A stretch of 64,000 nt of DNA from an uncultured Acidobacteriaceae bacterium (GCA_963738085.1 CAVTVC010000009.1:62454-126453); one strand, 5' to 3'. Positions 19,951 through 29,743 are shown, counted from the first letter of the stretch. Numbers and translations: made by a program. The notes: a model not told the origin generated them from the letters alone.

Positions 19951-20799
19951 TTATTTCCCTTTCTTGGTGTCGTCGGCGGTTTGCCCTTCGAAGAGAATGC
20001 GCTTGGCATCGGGCGGCGGATCGAAGACGAAGGCAGCGTCGTTGAAGGAGGGCGCGAGGTTCCACGTTAGAGTCATGGTGTGCTGCGGCCTGGCCTCGTC
20101 GGTGAGGGTGGTAATGACCAGCCTGCGCGGCAGAGGATAGTCTCCGAGCTGAATCCAAATCTGCCAGTCGACGCCTTCCTGGTGGAAGACATACTGCTCG
20201 CAGGTGACGCCCTCGACGGTTGTGGGGCCGGCGTCAATGGCGGTCTGGATCTTATTGATATCGTCCTCGTTTGTTCCCCATTTGAAGAGGTCGATGAGTG
20301 GCAGTTCGATGTCGAATTTTTCCTGGACTTGCTTGAATAATTCGCCGATAGTTGGCGGTGCAGCAACGGTTGCGTAGTAGTTATTCAGCTTTCCCCAAGC
20401 GGAGAAGGTTTTTCCGTCGTAGAGATAAAGTCTGTGCTTGTCATCGCTGGTGACCTCGGCGCGCATGCGGTTGGGCTTAACGGCGAGCATGTCGATTTTG
20501 GTCCTGGATTGAACGATCAGCCCGTCCTCGAGGACATCATCGTGTGTGACGTCTCCCTGCACCTGGAAGACCTTGAGGGTGCGAAGATAGGCGCCCATTT
20601 TTTTTACTGTGTCGATGGCGGCGGGATCGATGTTGGAATCTTCTTTCGCTTCTTTTGCTTCCAGCGTCGCTTGAGGCGGTTGACCGATCTTCGCAAGAAT
20701 GCTCGATCCAAAGGACGCCCACAGAATGATTCCCGCGATGAGAACGGATATTGCTGCTAAGGTCAGTTGTTTTGGAGAGAAGCGCTTTAAGAAGTTCAT
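19951..20799 (-). CDS. DUF2092 domain-containing periplasmic protein (LolA-like fold)
   Basis: KPNRMRAEV, YDGKTF, ELPLIDL, VDWQIWI and PRRLVIT pattern; N-terminal hydrophobic anchor; 10 bp upstream of the repeat protein. Confidence 0.8.
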   Translation of the reverse strand: MNFLKRFSPKQLTLAAISVLIAGIILWASFGSSILAKIGQPPQATLEAKEAKEDSNIDPAAIDTVKKMGAYLRTLKVFQVQGDVTHDDVLEDGLIVQSRTKIDMLAVKPNRMRAEVTSDDKHRLYLYDGKTFSAWGKLNNYYATVAAPPTIGELFKQVQEKFDIELPLIDLFKWGTNEDDINKIQTAIDAGPTTVEGVTCEQYVFHQEGVDWQIWIQLGDYPLPRRLVITTLTDEARPQHTMTLTWNLAPSFNDAAFVFDPPPDAKRILFEGQTADDTKKGK

Positions 20800-21080
20800 A
20801 TCGTTCTACCTCGCGAATCATTTCCGGTGAAGTCCCTGACAGGTCGGTTCCACGGCCAATCTGCGGAGATGGGCCTGCCTGGTCAGATAACGGGCCAATC
20901 TGATGCTGGGGAGCGCTCCCGAGTGAGCAATAAGGCCTGGTCCTACATACGGGGTAAGTAGCGGTGCTTCAGAATGACCCAAAACATTCGCAGCAGACCC
21001 GGCTGCGTTGCGTATAAAAGTAGCCCTTAGGCGTCTTTCGCGTAACTGGGAAAAACCCTAGTTTTTTACGATCTGTGAGG

Positions 21081-21944
21081 TCAGAAGCGGCCGAGGCCGA
21101 AGTAGTCCTTTAGGAGGAGGGCGAACCAGAGGACTGGCGAGGCAAGGAGGAGGGCGTCGATGCGGTCGAGGATGCCTCCGTGGCCGGGGAGCATGGTGCC
21201 GGAGTCTTTGACTCCAGCGCCTCGCTTGATGGCGGATTCGAGGAGATCTCCCATCTGGGCTGCGATGTTGAGGATGGCAGCGAGAAGGAGGGATTGCCAG
21301 AGCGGCTCGGAGATGTGGAGGCTGGTGTTACCGCGGGCGGTGAGGGCGTTGGAGATGGCGATGACGAATCCTGCGGCGAGCATGCTGCCAATGATGGAGG
21401 CAATGGAGCCGACCCAGGTCTTGCCTGGACTTAGACGTGGCGCGAGTTTGCTCTTGCCGAAGGCGCGGCCGAAGTAGAGGGCGGCGATGTCTCCGGCCCA
21501 GACGCAGACCATCAGAAAGAGGAGGAGCGCGGGGCCATCCTCTTGCTTCCAAAGCATGGGAACCAGTGTGAGCGGGTAGGCGATGTAGATGAGGCCGAAG
21601 AGTCCCTGTGCGGTGTCGGGGAGGACCTGGTTGAGCGGGGAGCGGAAGCCGTTCCAGGCGAAGAGAGCAAGAGTGAGGGCGCTGAGAACGGGGAGTTGGG
21701 CTTCGACAGGGAAGTTTGGCAGGGTGACGACGAACGCGAGAGCGGTGCCGATGGCCATCCACCAGATGGGGATGCGGAGTTTGGCGTTGTGGGCCTCGGC
21801 ACCTTTTGCGGCGAGCTGGAGAAATTCATAGGCAGCCAGCTCGGCGACGATTGCTGAGAAGAGAGTAATCATCCAGAGCTTGCCGAAAAAGATAAGAGCA
21901 AAGACGGCGAGGATGAGGACCGAGGCAGTGAGGATTCGTTTCAT
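21081..21944 (-). CDS. cdsA: Phosphatidate cytidylyltransferase
   Basis: WAGDIAALYFG, SPGKTWVG and GDLLESAIKRGAGVKDSGTMLPGHGGILDRID signature. Confidence 0.95.
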   Translation of the reverse strand: MKRILTASVLILAVFALIFFGKLWMITLFSAIVAELAAYEFLQLAAKGAEAHNAKLRIPIWWMAIGTALAFVVTLPNFPVEAQLPVLSALTLALFAWNGFRSPLNQVLPDTAQGLFGLIYIAYPLTLVPMLWKQEDGPALLLFLMVCVWAGDIAALYFGRAFGKSKLAPRLSPGKTWVGSIASIIGSMLAAGFVIAISNALTARGNTSLHISEPLWQSLLLAAILNIAAQMGDLLESAIKRGAGVKDSGTMLPGHGGILDRIDALLLASPVLWFALLLKDYFGLGRF

Positions 21945-21992
21945 TGGGCTTAGACAGGATAAATGGGATGCGGTTAGGCGAAGGAATATTAC

Positions 21993-22020
21993 TTGACGTA
22001 TCAAGATATATCTTGATACT
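21993..22020 (+). promoter_or_regulatory. Sigma70-like promoter (TTGACG...GATACT) overlapped by the perfect 22-bp palindrome GTATCAAGATATATCTTGATAC
   Basis: The palindrome at 21998-22019 is read directly and fills the -35/-10 spacer 10 bp upstream of the PadR start. Confidence 0.75.
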
Positions 22021-22029
22021 GTTTTAAAC

Positions 22030-22638
22030 ATGAGAAACCTACATGAACACTTACACGAACACTTTCGAGGTTTCCGCGGCAGAGAAGGAAGCCGTGGAGA
22101 GAGACAAAGGGAAGATAGACATTGCGGCGGTCGAGGAGAATTTGGCGGACGACATGGATTTGGATCCCGTGGTGGCCGAGGAGGGCCGATGCGGTTCTTT
22201 GGGGCCGGCGATCTGCGCTACGTTATTTTGCAGATGATCGCAGAGAAGCCGAGCCACGGTTACGAGATCATCAAGTCGATCCAGGAGCGGCTGGGAGGCA
22301 CGTATGCACCGAGTCCGGGTGTGGTTTATCCGATGTTGACCATGCTGGAGGAGATGGGACATGCAACGGTGGTGACCGAGGGCGCGCGCAAACTTTATAC
22401 GATCACCGAGGAGGGATTGAAGGCGCTGGCGGAGAACAAGGCGCTGGTGGATGCGCTGTTCGCCAGGATGGACCACGTGCGGGGGGAGCAGGGTGGGGAG
22501 CGAGCACAACAGATTGAGAGGGCGGTCGCGAACTTTCGTATGGCGCTGCGGATGAAGCAGGGATCGTTGACGACAGAACAGATCCACGCGATCACCGACA
22601 TCATCGATGCGGCGGCGAAGCAGATCGAACGTGCGTGA
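22030..22638 (+). CDS. PadR family transcriptional regulator (YqjI-like, His/Gly/Arg-rich N-terminus)
   Basis: GDLRYVIL, PSHGYEIIK, SPGVVYPML and KLYTITEEG winged-helix motifs. Confidence 0.9.
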   Translation: MRNLHEHLHEHFRGFRGREGSRGERQREDRHCGGRGEFGGRHGFGSRGGRGGPMRFFGAGDLRYVILQMIAEKPSHGYEIIKSIQERLGGTYAPSPGVVYPMLTMLEEMGHATVVTEGARKLYTITEEGLKALAENKALVDALFARMDHVRGEQGGERAQQIERAVANFRMALRMKQGSLTTEQIHAITDIIDAAAKQIERA

Positions 22639-22800
22639 GCTGAGCTGAGCTCTTACCCTTACAAATTAGGAAGCTATTTCGTTTTCAGAAGCTCGGCCTT
22701 GTCTAATCGAATGACGAGGAATAGACGTTAGGTTTCGCGAGAAGACAAATTCGGAAGTTTGCCTCCTGCGCGACTTACGGGGAGACTCCCGTGGTGAAGG

Positions 22801-23847
22801 TTAGCGGCGGGTGAGAACTTGGTCGGATTTGGTCTCCGGCTTTGTTTCGGACTTGATCTCTGGCTTGGGGATGAGATGGTCTTTGATCTCGGCGGCAATC
22901 TGTTCTGCGGGTTCGAGGTTGTTGAGGTCTTCGTCGGTGAAGGTCTCGCCGAGGCCGCCGAAACGTCGTTCGCGACGTTGGTAGGCCGCGATGGCTTCGA
23001 GGAGATGGAGGCCGTGGAAGTCGGGCCAGAGACGGTCGGTGACGAAGATCTCGGAGTAGGCGATCTGCCAGAGCAGGAAGTTGGAGATGCGCTGCTCGCC
23101 GGAGGTGCGGATGACGAGGTCGGGATCGGGCATGTGGCGCGTGTAGAGGGCGCGGGAGATGGAGGACTCGTCGAGGGCTTCGAGGGCACCGGCTCCGAGG
23201 AGGTCGTCGACGGAGCAGCCGCGGGTGTGAGCCTCGGTGGTGAGGTCGGTGAGGATGCTGCGGACAGCATCGACGATTTCGGAGCGGGCTCCGTAGTTGA
23301 GGGCGAGGGTGAGGGTGGTGCCGGTGTTCTTTGCGGTGGCTTCGCTGGCCCACTGCATAGTGTCCTGGACCTCCTGCGGGAGGTCGTGCGTGCGGCCGAT
23401 ATAGGCCATGCGGACGTTGTTGTCGTTCATGCGCTTGACGTTGCCGACGAGGTAGCTTTTGAGGAGCTTCATGAGGAAGCTGACCTCTGACTTGGGGCGG
23501 CGGAGATTGTTTTCAAGCGAGAAGGCGTAGAGGGTCAGCCAGGGAAGGTTGATGCGGGAGGCGGTTTCGACGACGTACTGGACAGACTCAGCGCCTTTTT
23601 GATGGCCAAGGAAGCGTTTGAGAGCGCGTTTTCCGGCCCAGCGGCCGTTGCCGTCCATGATGATGGCAACGTGTTGAGGAATTTTGGCGGGGTCGAGCTG
23701 CCTGTAGAGGCTTAGTTCCGCGGGGGCGAGTTCGTGGCTGCGATTGGAGACGCGGCTGGGCGTTAAGGGGGAGTCGGTGGGGGTGTTGATGCGCGCAAAA
23801 GCAACCTCGCAGATATTGACGCTAGCACACCGATGGGGGGTGTGCAA
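22801..23847 (-). CDS. uppS: Isoprenyl transferase (undecaprenyl diphosphate synthase); true start uncertain
   Basis: HVAIIMDGNGRWA, LYAFSLEN, LALNYGAR, DPDLVIRTSGEQRISNFLLWQIAYSE. Confidence 0.93.
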   Translation of the reverse strand: MHTPHRCASVNICEVAFARINTPTDSPLTPSRVSNRSHELAPAELSLYRQLDPAKIPQHVAIIMDGNGRWAGKRALKRFLGHQKGAESVQYVVETASRINLPWLTLYAFSLENNLRRPKSEVSFLMKLLKSYLVGNVKRMNDNNVRMAYIGRTHDLPQEVQDTMQWASEATAKNTGTTLTLALNYGARSEIVDAVRSILTDLTTEAHTRGCSVDDLLGAGALEALDESSISRALYTRHMPDPDLVIRTSGEQRISNFLLWQIAYSEIFVTDRLWPDFHGLHLLEAIAAYQRRERRFGGLGETFTDEDLNNLEPAEQIAAEIKDHLIPKPEIKSETKPETKSDQVLTRR

Positions 23848-24065
23848 TGAACGTCTTTTAATCCGGAGTTAGTTGGTGAGGAGGTTGGAAGATGGATTGG
23901 CTCTAGCTGCTTATTTTTCTTCTTCCGGAACCTGATTCTTTCCACTTGTCTGCCTGCTGGAGGGCGATTAGCGGCTACCAGCTACCCGCGCTGAAGACGC
24001 TTCAAAGAAGAGGCAAAAATCTTCGGCGGAAAATCTCTCGCGTGTCTGTAGCGAATAAGTTACGG

Positions 24066-24100
24066 AGGGGAGAGCGTCACATGTTGTGGCGCTCTCCTTT
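24066..24100. terminator. Stem-loop downstream of the XRE gene
   Basis: GGAGAGCGTCACA-TGT-TGTGGCGCTCTCC, a 13-bp stem with one G-U pair. Confidence 0.55.
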
Positions 24101-24131
24101 GGAGAGGACAATCCGGCATTACGAGAGCCGC

Positions 24132-24665
24132 TTAGGCTGTGCGACGACGTCCGGCGGCGAGTTCGCGAACGTGGTTGAGGAAGATGGAGCGCTGGAGGTC
24201 GTCGAGCTGAGAGGTGTACATGGCGATCTCGGCGAGGAAGGGGTCGGTCATAAGGACCGCAGTCTCGTCGCGATGGCGTGTGTTGGAGTCGCGCAGCAGG
24301 GTGGAGATATCTACCTGCAGTGCTTTGGCAAGCCGGTCGAGCGAAGACAAGGTCGGCATGGCTTTGCCGTTTTCGATCTTCGAGATATAGGTGCGGGGCA
24401 CGCCCATGCGGGTGGCGAGCTGCCGCTGCGAGAGATTGCGCACGTGGCGCAGATCGCGAACGGCTGTTGCTACCTGCAATCCGCCTTCAACAGCGACGGG
24501 TGTGGGCACGAGAGCCAGAGGAGCAGGAGCCGGTTCGGGCTCTTCAACCTCTAAGCATTTGTGGCAGCGACGGCAGAGAGCGTTCGCTGTCCGAAACTGC
24601 ACCAAGCTGCAATGATCACAGCGCAAGACCTCACGTTGTTCAACGGGTGCCATCATAGTTGCCAT
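24132..24665 (-). CDS. XRE-family HTH regulator with N-terminal C4 zinc ribbon
   Basis: CDHC-x11-CRRC, then LSQRQLA...RTYISKIENGKAMPTLSSL. Confidence 0.85.
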   Translation of the reverse strand: MATMMAPVEQREVLRCDHCSLVQFRTANALCRRCHKCLEVEEPEPAPAPLALVPTPVAVEGGLQVATAVRDLRHVRNLSQRQLATRMGVPRTYISKIENGKAMPTLSSLDRLAKALQVDISTLLRDSNTRHRDETAVLMTDPFLAEIAMYTSQLDDLQRSIFLNHVRELAAGRRRTA

Positions 24666-24893
24666 AAGTTGTCTGTGCGGGCGGACCCAGAGCAAGGACC
24701 GCAGCACATGTCCGATAACGGATCGTGCGATGTGCCTAGAGTGACACTGGTACTTACGGTAGTCAAGAGAAAAGCCGCCGATTAATCCACAAATGCCTAA
24801 AAAACACGGAAAGGAACCAAGGTGGTAACTTTCATGGCGGGTAAGTCGTGGTTAGTGCGTTGCGGTTAGATTGGAAGGAAGGAGTCTTCAAAA

Positions 24894-25538
24894 ATGAGCG
24901 AAGGGTTAGGACGCGCGCAGGCGCTTGCGACGCTGGAGGAGTGGACGAAGGGCGAGAGTCTGCGGAAGCATGGGATGGCTGTTTCGGTTTGCGTCGAAGC
25001 GTATGGGGTGATGGAGGCGGAGAGGCTTGGGCTTGCGGGTGTGGAGGCTGCGAAGTTAGTGGAGCTGTATGCGAGCGCCGGGCTGCTGCATGACATGGAC
25101 TATGAGCGGCATCCAACCCTAGAGGAGCATCCGTTTGTTGGGGTGAAGCATCTTCGCGAGGCGGGATGGCCGGAGGATGTTCTGCATGCGATTCTGGCGC
25201 ATGCGGATTATTCAGGAGTGGCGCGGGAGTCGCATCTGGATAAGGCGCTGTTTGCCTGCGATGAACTCGCCGGATTTTTGACTGCTTGTGCGTTGGTGAA
25301 GCCTAGCAAATCGATTATGGAAGTTGAGGTGACGGGCGTGAAGAAGAAGATGAAGGATAAGGCGTTCGCGCGGGCGGTGAAGCGGGAGGATATTACGGGT
25401 GGTGCGGAGTTGCTGGGGTTGAGTGTGGAGGACCATGTGGGGAATTGTTTGAATGCGATGCAGGCGCGGGCGGGGGAGCTGGGATTGAAGGGTATAGCGA
25501 CCGCGGATTTCGGAAGGGTAAACACGGATCGAATTTGA
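24894..25538 (+). CDS. HDIG/HD domain metal-dependent phosphohydrolase
   Basis: LRKHG, GLLHDMDYE, HPFVG, AILAHA and ACDELAGF. Confidence 0.85.
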   Translation: MSEGLGRAQALATLEEWTKGESLRKHGMAVSVCVEAYGVMEAERLGLAGVEAAKLVELYASAGLLHDMDYERHPTLEEHPFVGVKHLREAGWPEDVLHAILAHADYSGVARESHLDKALFACDELAGFLTACALVKPSKSIMEVEVTGVKKKMKDKAFARAVKREDITGGAELLGLSVEDHVGNCLNAMQARAGELGLKGIATADFGRVNTDRI

Positions 25539-26162
25539 TTAGGCGATTTCGCTGGAGTGGATGCGCCTGATGTTTGCGTAGGCGAGGGCTTCGTCGGTTT
25601 CGATTATGGTGTTGGGGAGATTGACGGGGCGGGTGGCGTCTTCGATGACGATGGGTTCGAAGCCGAGGTTTTTGCCGTCGATGGCGGAGTAGCGAACACA
25701 GAAGTCGTAGGCGAGGCCGCAAAGGAAGAGGCGTTGCAGGTTGCGTTCGCGGAGATAGCCAGCTAGGCCGGTGGGAGTGGTGTGATCGTTTTCGAGGAAG
25801 GCGGAGTAGCTGTCGATGTGGCGGCGGAAGCCTTTGCGGAGGATGAGTTCGGCGTGGGGGATGTGGAGGGCTGGGTGGAAGGCTGCGCCTTCGGTGTGCT
25901 GGATGACGTGATCGGGCCAGAGGGTCTGGGGGCCGTAAGCGGCTTCGATGGTTTCGTAGGGTTGTTTGTTGTGGGTGGAGGCGAAGGAGATGTGCTGGGG
26001 TGGGTGCCAGTCCTGGGTGAGGATGACGTGGTCGAATTTTCTGGCGAGGGTGTTGATCGAGGGGACGATGGCGTCACCGTCTGGGACCGCCAGATTGCCG
26101 CCGGGCATGAAGTCATTTTGGACGTCGATGACGAGCAGGGCGTCGGTGGGTTGGAGTTGCAT
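25539..26162 (-). CDS. pncA: Nicotinamidase/pyrazinamidase
   Basis: IDVQNDF, TQDWHP, RKGF, DSYSAF and GLAYDFCV cysteine-hydrolase motifs. Confidence 0.92.
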   Translation of the reverse strand: MQLQPTDALLVIDVQNDFMPGGNLAVPDGDAIVPSINTLARKFDHVILTQDWHPPQHISFASTHNKQPYETIEAAYGPQTLWPDHVIQHTEGAAFHPALHIPHAELILRKGFRRHIDSYSAFLENDHTTPTGLAGYLRERNLQRLFLCGLAYDFCVRYSAIDGKNLGFEPIVIEDATRPVNLPNTIIETDEALAYANIRRIHSSEIA

Positions 26163-26216
26163 GGTGATTCAATGGTAGTGCAACGGGTGCGGAGTGCGGT
26201 CGTGCATCGCACGATG

Positions 26217-26273
26217 CCCACATCTCAGAATCGAGATATGCGCACCCAGCGCCCGGCGAAGATGGGGCACCCG
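26217..26273 (+). repeat. REP-like palindrome (family 1) plus partial second unit
   Basis: CCCACATCTCAGAATCGAGATATGCGCACCC followed by GAAGATGGGGCACCCG. Confidence 0.85.
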
Positions 26274-26282
26274 ATTCCGCGG

Positions 26283-26747
26283 CTACGGCTTTAGGTTTTT
26301 CGTGTCCTGGATGGTGCCGATTTTGATGTCGGATTGTTTGCAGGATTTGTCGCGGCAGAAGCCGGTGATCCAAACCTCGCCGTCGCCGATCATGGCACCC
26401 TGGGAGTTGACGAAGAGATTTTCGTATTTTTGTTTCAAGATTGCGTCTTCTATGTCGTGCGTGAGGATACGGTCGTAGTCTTTTATGAACTCTTTCTGAT
26501 TTTTGACGGTAAAGGGCTTTTTGCCGGGATTGACCTTGATGGGGTAGTGGACGAGGGAGGCTACTGTGGAGGCGTCATGTTTCGCGACGGCCTGTTGGAG
26601 TTGGGTGAGGATTGTATGGACCTTGGTGTGGTCGCCTACGGAGAGGTCAATGGATTTGTCGAGGTCGGTGAGGGCGGTTTGGGTGCGGCCCGGCAGGGCG
26701 ATGAGCGCAAAGATGGCGACGAGTGCGAGGTGGGTGCGGATGGTCAT
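26283..26747 (-). CDS. Secreted hypothetical protein
   Basis: Signal peptide, globular composition, QGAMIGDGEVWI and a C-terminal Cys pair. Confidence 0.75.
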   Translation of the reverse strand: MTIRTHLALVAIFALIALPGRTQTALTDLDKSIDLSVGDHTKVHTILTQLQQAVAKHDASTVASLVHYPIKVNPGKKPFTVKNQKEFIKDYDRILTHDIEDAILKQKYENLFVNSQGAMIGDGEVWITGFCRDKSCKQSDIKIGTIQDTKNLKP

Positions 26748-26823
26748 TCCGTCTCCATAGAGGTGTATTTAGCCCTGGTGGGATAGGCTACACGTCTTCG
26801 AGAAAAGACGATAGACGCGTTGT

Positions 26824-28574
26824 GTGGCTAAGATGCTAGTCGAAGCGATTTGGTGGATCGAAGGCGGAGGAATTGTTTTGGAGAATGCTTTGGTGTCGAA
26901 GGTGGATGGGAAAGCGGCGCGGTTTGGGGCGAATCGTGAGGCGCTGCGGGTATTGATGGCGGCGTTGCGGGTGGAGGAGGACGAGATTCGGCTAGGTGGC
27001 GGGGCGAAGGCGGCGGAGGCTCAGCGGGCCAAGGGGAGGCTGACGGTTCGGGAGCGGTTGAAGCTGCTGCTGGATGAGGGGGCGGAGTTTCTGGAGCTGG
27101 GGCTGTGGGCGGCGTATGGGATGTATGAGGAGTATGGCGGTGCTCCGGCGGCTGGGGTGGTGACCGGGCTGGGGAGGGTGAGCGGGCGGCTGTGCATGGT
27201 CATTGCGAATGATGCGACGGTGAAGGCGGGGGCGTTTTTTCCGATGACGGCGAAGAAGGTGTTGCGGGCGCAGACGATTGCGCTGGAGAATCGGATTCCT
27301 ACGCTTTATCTGGTGGATTCGGCGGGGGTGTTTCTGCCGCTGCAGGAGGATGTGTTTCCGGATACGGATGATTTTGGGCGGGTGTTTCGGAATAACGCGG
27401 TGATGAGCTCGCTGGGGGTGCCGCAGATTACGGCGATTATGGGGATGTGCGTGGCGGGTGGGGCGTATCTGCCGGTGATGACGGATACGGTGCTGATGAC
27501 GGAGGGGTCGGGGTTGTTTCTGGCGGGGCCTTCGCTGGTGCAGGCGGCGATTGGGCAGAAGACCGGGGCGGAGGAGCTGGGTGGGGCTTCGATGCATAGC
27601 GAGATTTCGGGGACGGTGGATTTTAAGGAGCCGAATGATCATCTGTGTCTGGCGCGGTTGCGGTCTTTGGTGGGGAAGATTGGGGAGCGGGCTGGGCGCT
27701 CCGTTTTCGCGGGTGGCTTTTGATGCGGTGAAGGATGCTCCGAAGTATGCGGCGGAGGATTTGTATGGGTTGATTGATCCTGATCCGGCGAAGGCGGCTA
27801 CGAATGTTTATGACATGCATGAGGTGATTGCGCGGATCGTCGACCGCAGCGAGTTTGATGAGTACAAGGCGGAGTTTGGGCGGACGGTGTTGTGCGGGTA
27901 TGCGCGGATTGGCGGGCGGGCGGTGGGGATTGTTGCGAATCAGAAGATGAATCAGTCGCAGACGGCGCTGGACGGAAGCAAGCGGACGGAGTTTGGCGGG
28001 GTGATCTATACGGAGAGTGCGCAGAAGGCGGCGCGGTTCATTATGGATTGCAACCAGAGCCTGGTGCCGCTGATTTTTCTGCATGACGTGAATGGGTTCA
28101 TGGTGGGGAAGGATGCGGAGTGGAGCGGGATTATTCGTGCGGGGGCGAAGATGGTTTCGGCGGTGAGTACGAGTCGTGGTGCCGAAGATTACGGTGATTG
28201 TGGGCGGGAGTTTTGGCGCGGGGCACTATGCGATGTGCGGGAAGGCTTATGATCCGCGGTTTTTGTTTGCGTGGCCTACGGCGCGGTATGCGGTGATGAG
28301 TGGGGCTTCGGCGGCGAATACTCTGGTGGAGGTTCGGGTGAAGCAGATGGAGCGTGGCGGCAAGACGATCTCCGAGGAAGAACGGAAGGGGATTTATGAC
28401 GAGATCAAGGCGACTTATGATGCTCAGGCTGATCCGAGGTATGGGGCGGCGCGGCTCTGGATCGATGCGATCATTGATCCGGCGAAGACGCGGGAGGTGC
28501 TGATGACGGCGCTGGAGGCGGCTAGTTTGAATCCTGAGGTGGCGAGGTTTAATCTGGGGGTTTTGCAGACGTGA
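26824..28574 (+). CDS. Acyl-CoA carboxylase beta subunit (methylcrotonyl-CoA carboxylase-like); two +1 frameshifts in this sequence
   Basis: NDATVKAGA, YLVDSAG, GMCVAGGAY, GSFGAGHYAMCG and YGAARLWIDAII spread over three ORFs. Extra bases near 27697 and 28176. Start uncertain. Confidence 0.88.
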
Positions 28575-28852
28575 TTTCGCGGCGGACTATCGTGATACTT
28601 GGACTCGCGGTTTTTTTGTTTGCGATTCCTCAAGCCTTCTACGCAGGAGAGCATACTGATTGCCATGTCATTCATGTAGCGTCGCTAAAAGGTCCGACGC
28701 TGCTGAGCGAAGCCGAAGTGACGTTCGATGTGTGTTCCATGGTCGACTTTGGAATGTATCCATGGATGCGCTATTCATTTCTCGCGGGCTTTGTAGCTCT
28801 GATCGCAACAGCGATTTCATATCGTTTGGATAGAAGAATGCACACAGTTTGA
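28571..28852 (+). CDS. Small two-TM hypothetical membrane protein
   Basis: 93 aa with hydrophobic segments at both ends. GTGA overlap with the upstream stop; fills the gap to hmgL. Confidence 0.55.
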   Translation: MISRRTIVILGLAVFLFAIPQAFYAGEHTDCHVIHVASLKGPTLLSEAEVTFDVCSMVDFGMYPWMRYSFLAGFVALIATAISYRLDRRMHTV

Positions 28853-28869
28853 CTAACCAGAGAGAAAAA

Positions 28870-29743
28870 ATGAGTGACTTGGTGAAGATTATTGAATGTC
28901 CGCGGGATGCATGGCAGGGGTTGCCGAAGAATATGCCGGCGGAGGTGAAGGCGGACTATCTGCGGGTGTTGATTGCTGCAGGGTTCAAGCATATCGATGC
29001 GGTGAGTTTTGTTTCGCGGACTGCGGTGCCGCAGATGGCGGACTCGGAGATGGTGTTGGAGTATTTGGATCCGCCGGATGATGTGGAGATTATCGGGATT
29101 GTCGTGAACGCGAAGGGAGCTGAGCGCGCGGTGAAGACGGGGAGCGTGCAGACGCTGGGGTTTCCTTATTCGATCTCGCCGGAGTTTTTGAAGAGGAACC
29201 AGGAGCAGACACCGGAGGAGTCTCTGGAGGAGTTGGAGAAGGTTGGGACGCTGGCGTACAAGGCGGGGATGGATGTGGTGGCGTATATCTCGATGGCGTT
29301 TGGGAATCCTTATGGTGAGGCGTGGGATATCGATGAGGTCGTGGCGGCTTGCGATCTGCTGGCGGATAACGGGCGTGACGCAGATTTCTCTGGCGGATAC
29401 AGTGGGGTTGGCGACGCCGAAACTGGTCGCCGATGTGGTGAGCGATGTGATGGCGGTGCATGACAATGTCGAGATTGGGGTGCATCTGCATGCTCGGTCC
29501 GACAATGCGGCGGCGAAGGTGCGGGCAGCTTATGAGGCTGGGTGCAGGCGGTTCGATGCGGCGATCGGCGGGTTGGGCGGATGTCCGTTTGCGCAGGATG
29601 CGCTGGTGGGGAATATGGCGACGGAGACTTTGCTGGCGGAGTTGAAGGCGCTGGGTGCGGAGTTGCCGCCGCTGAGGCCACTGGATGGCTTGATTGCGGC
29701 TAGCGCGGAGATTTCGCGGAAGTATGGGGCGCAGGTGCAGTGA
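28870..29743 (+). CDS. hmgL: Hydroxymethylglutaryl-CoA lyase; one +1 frameshift near 29371
   Basis: ECPRDAWQG, SLADTVG, GVHLH and GGLGGCPFA motifs across two ORFs. Confidence 0.88.

Noticed and set aside
22810-22870. KPEIKSET/KPETKSDQ duplication at the UppS C-terminus
   Set aside because: A short slippage duplication in a disordered tail; unlikely to be functional.
23850-24130. Possible sRNA or leader peptide between the XRE gene and uppS
   Set aside because: Only one hairpin and a short Lys-rich ORF. No recognisable RNA family, and an Rfam or covariance search would be needed.
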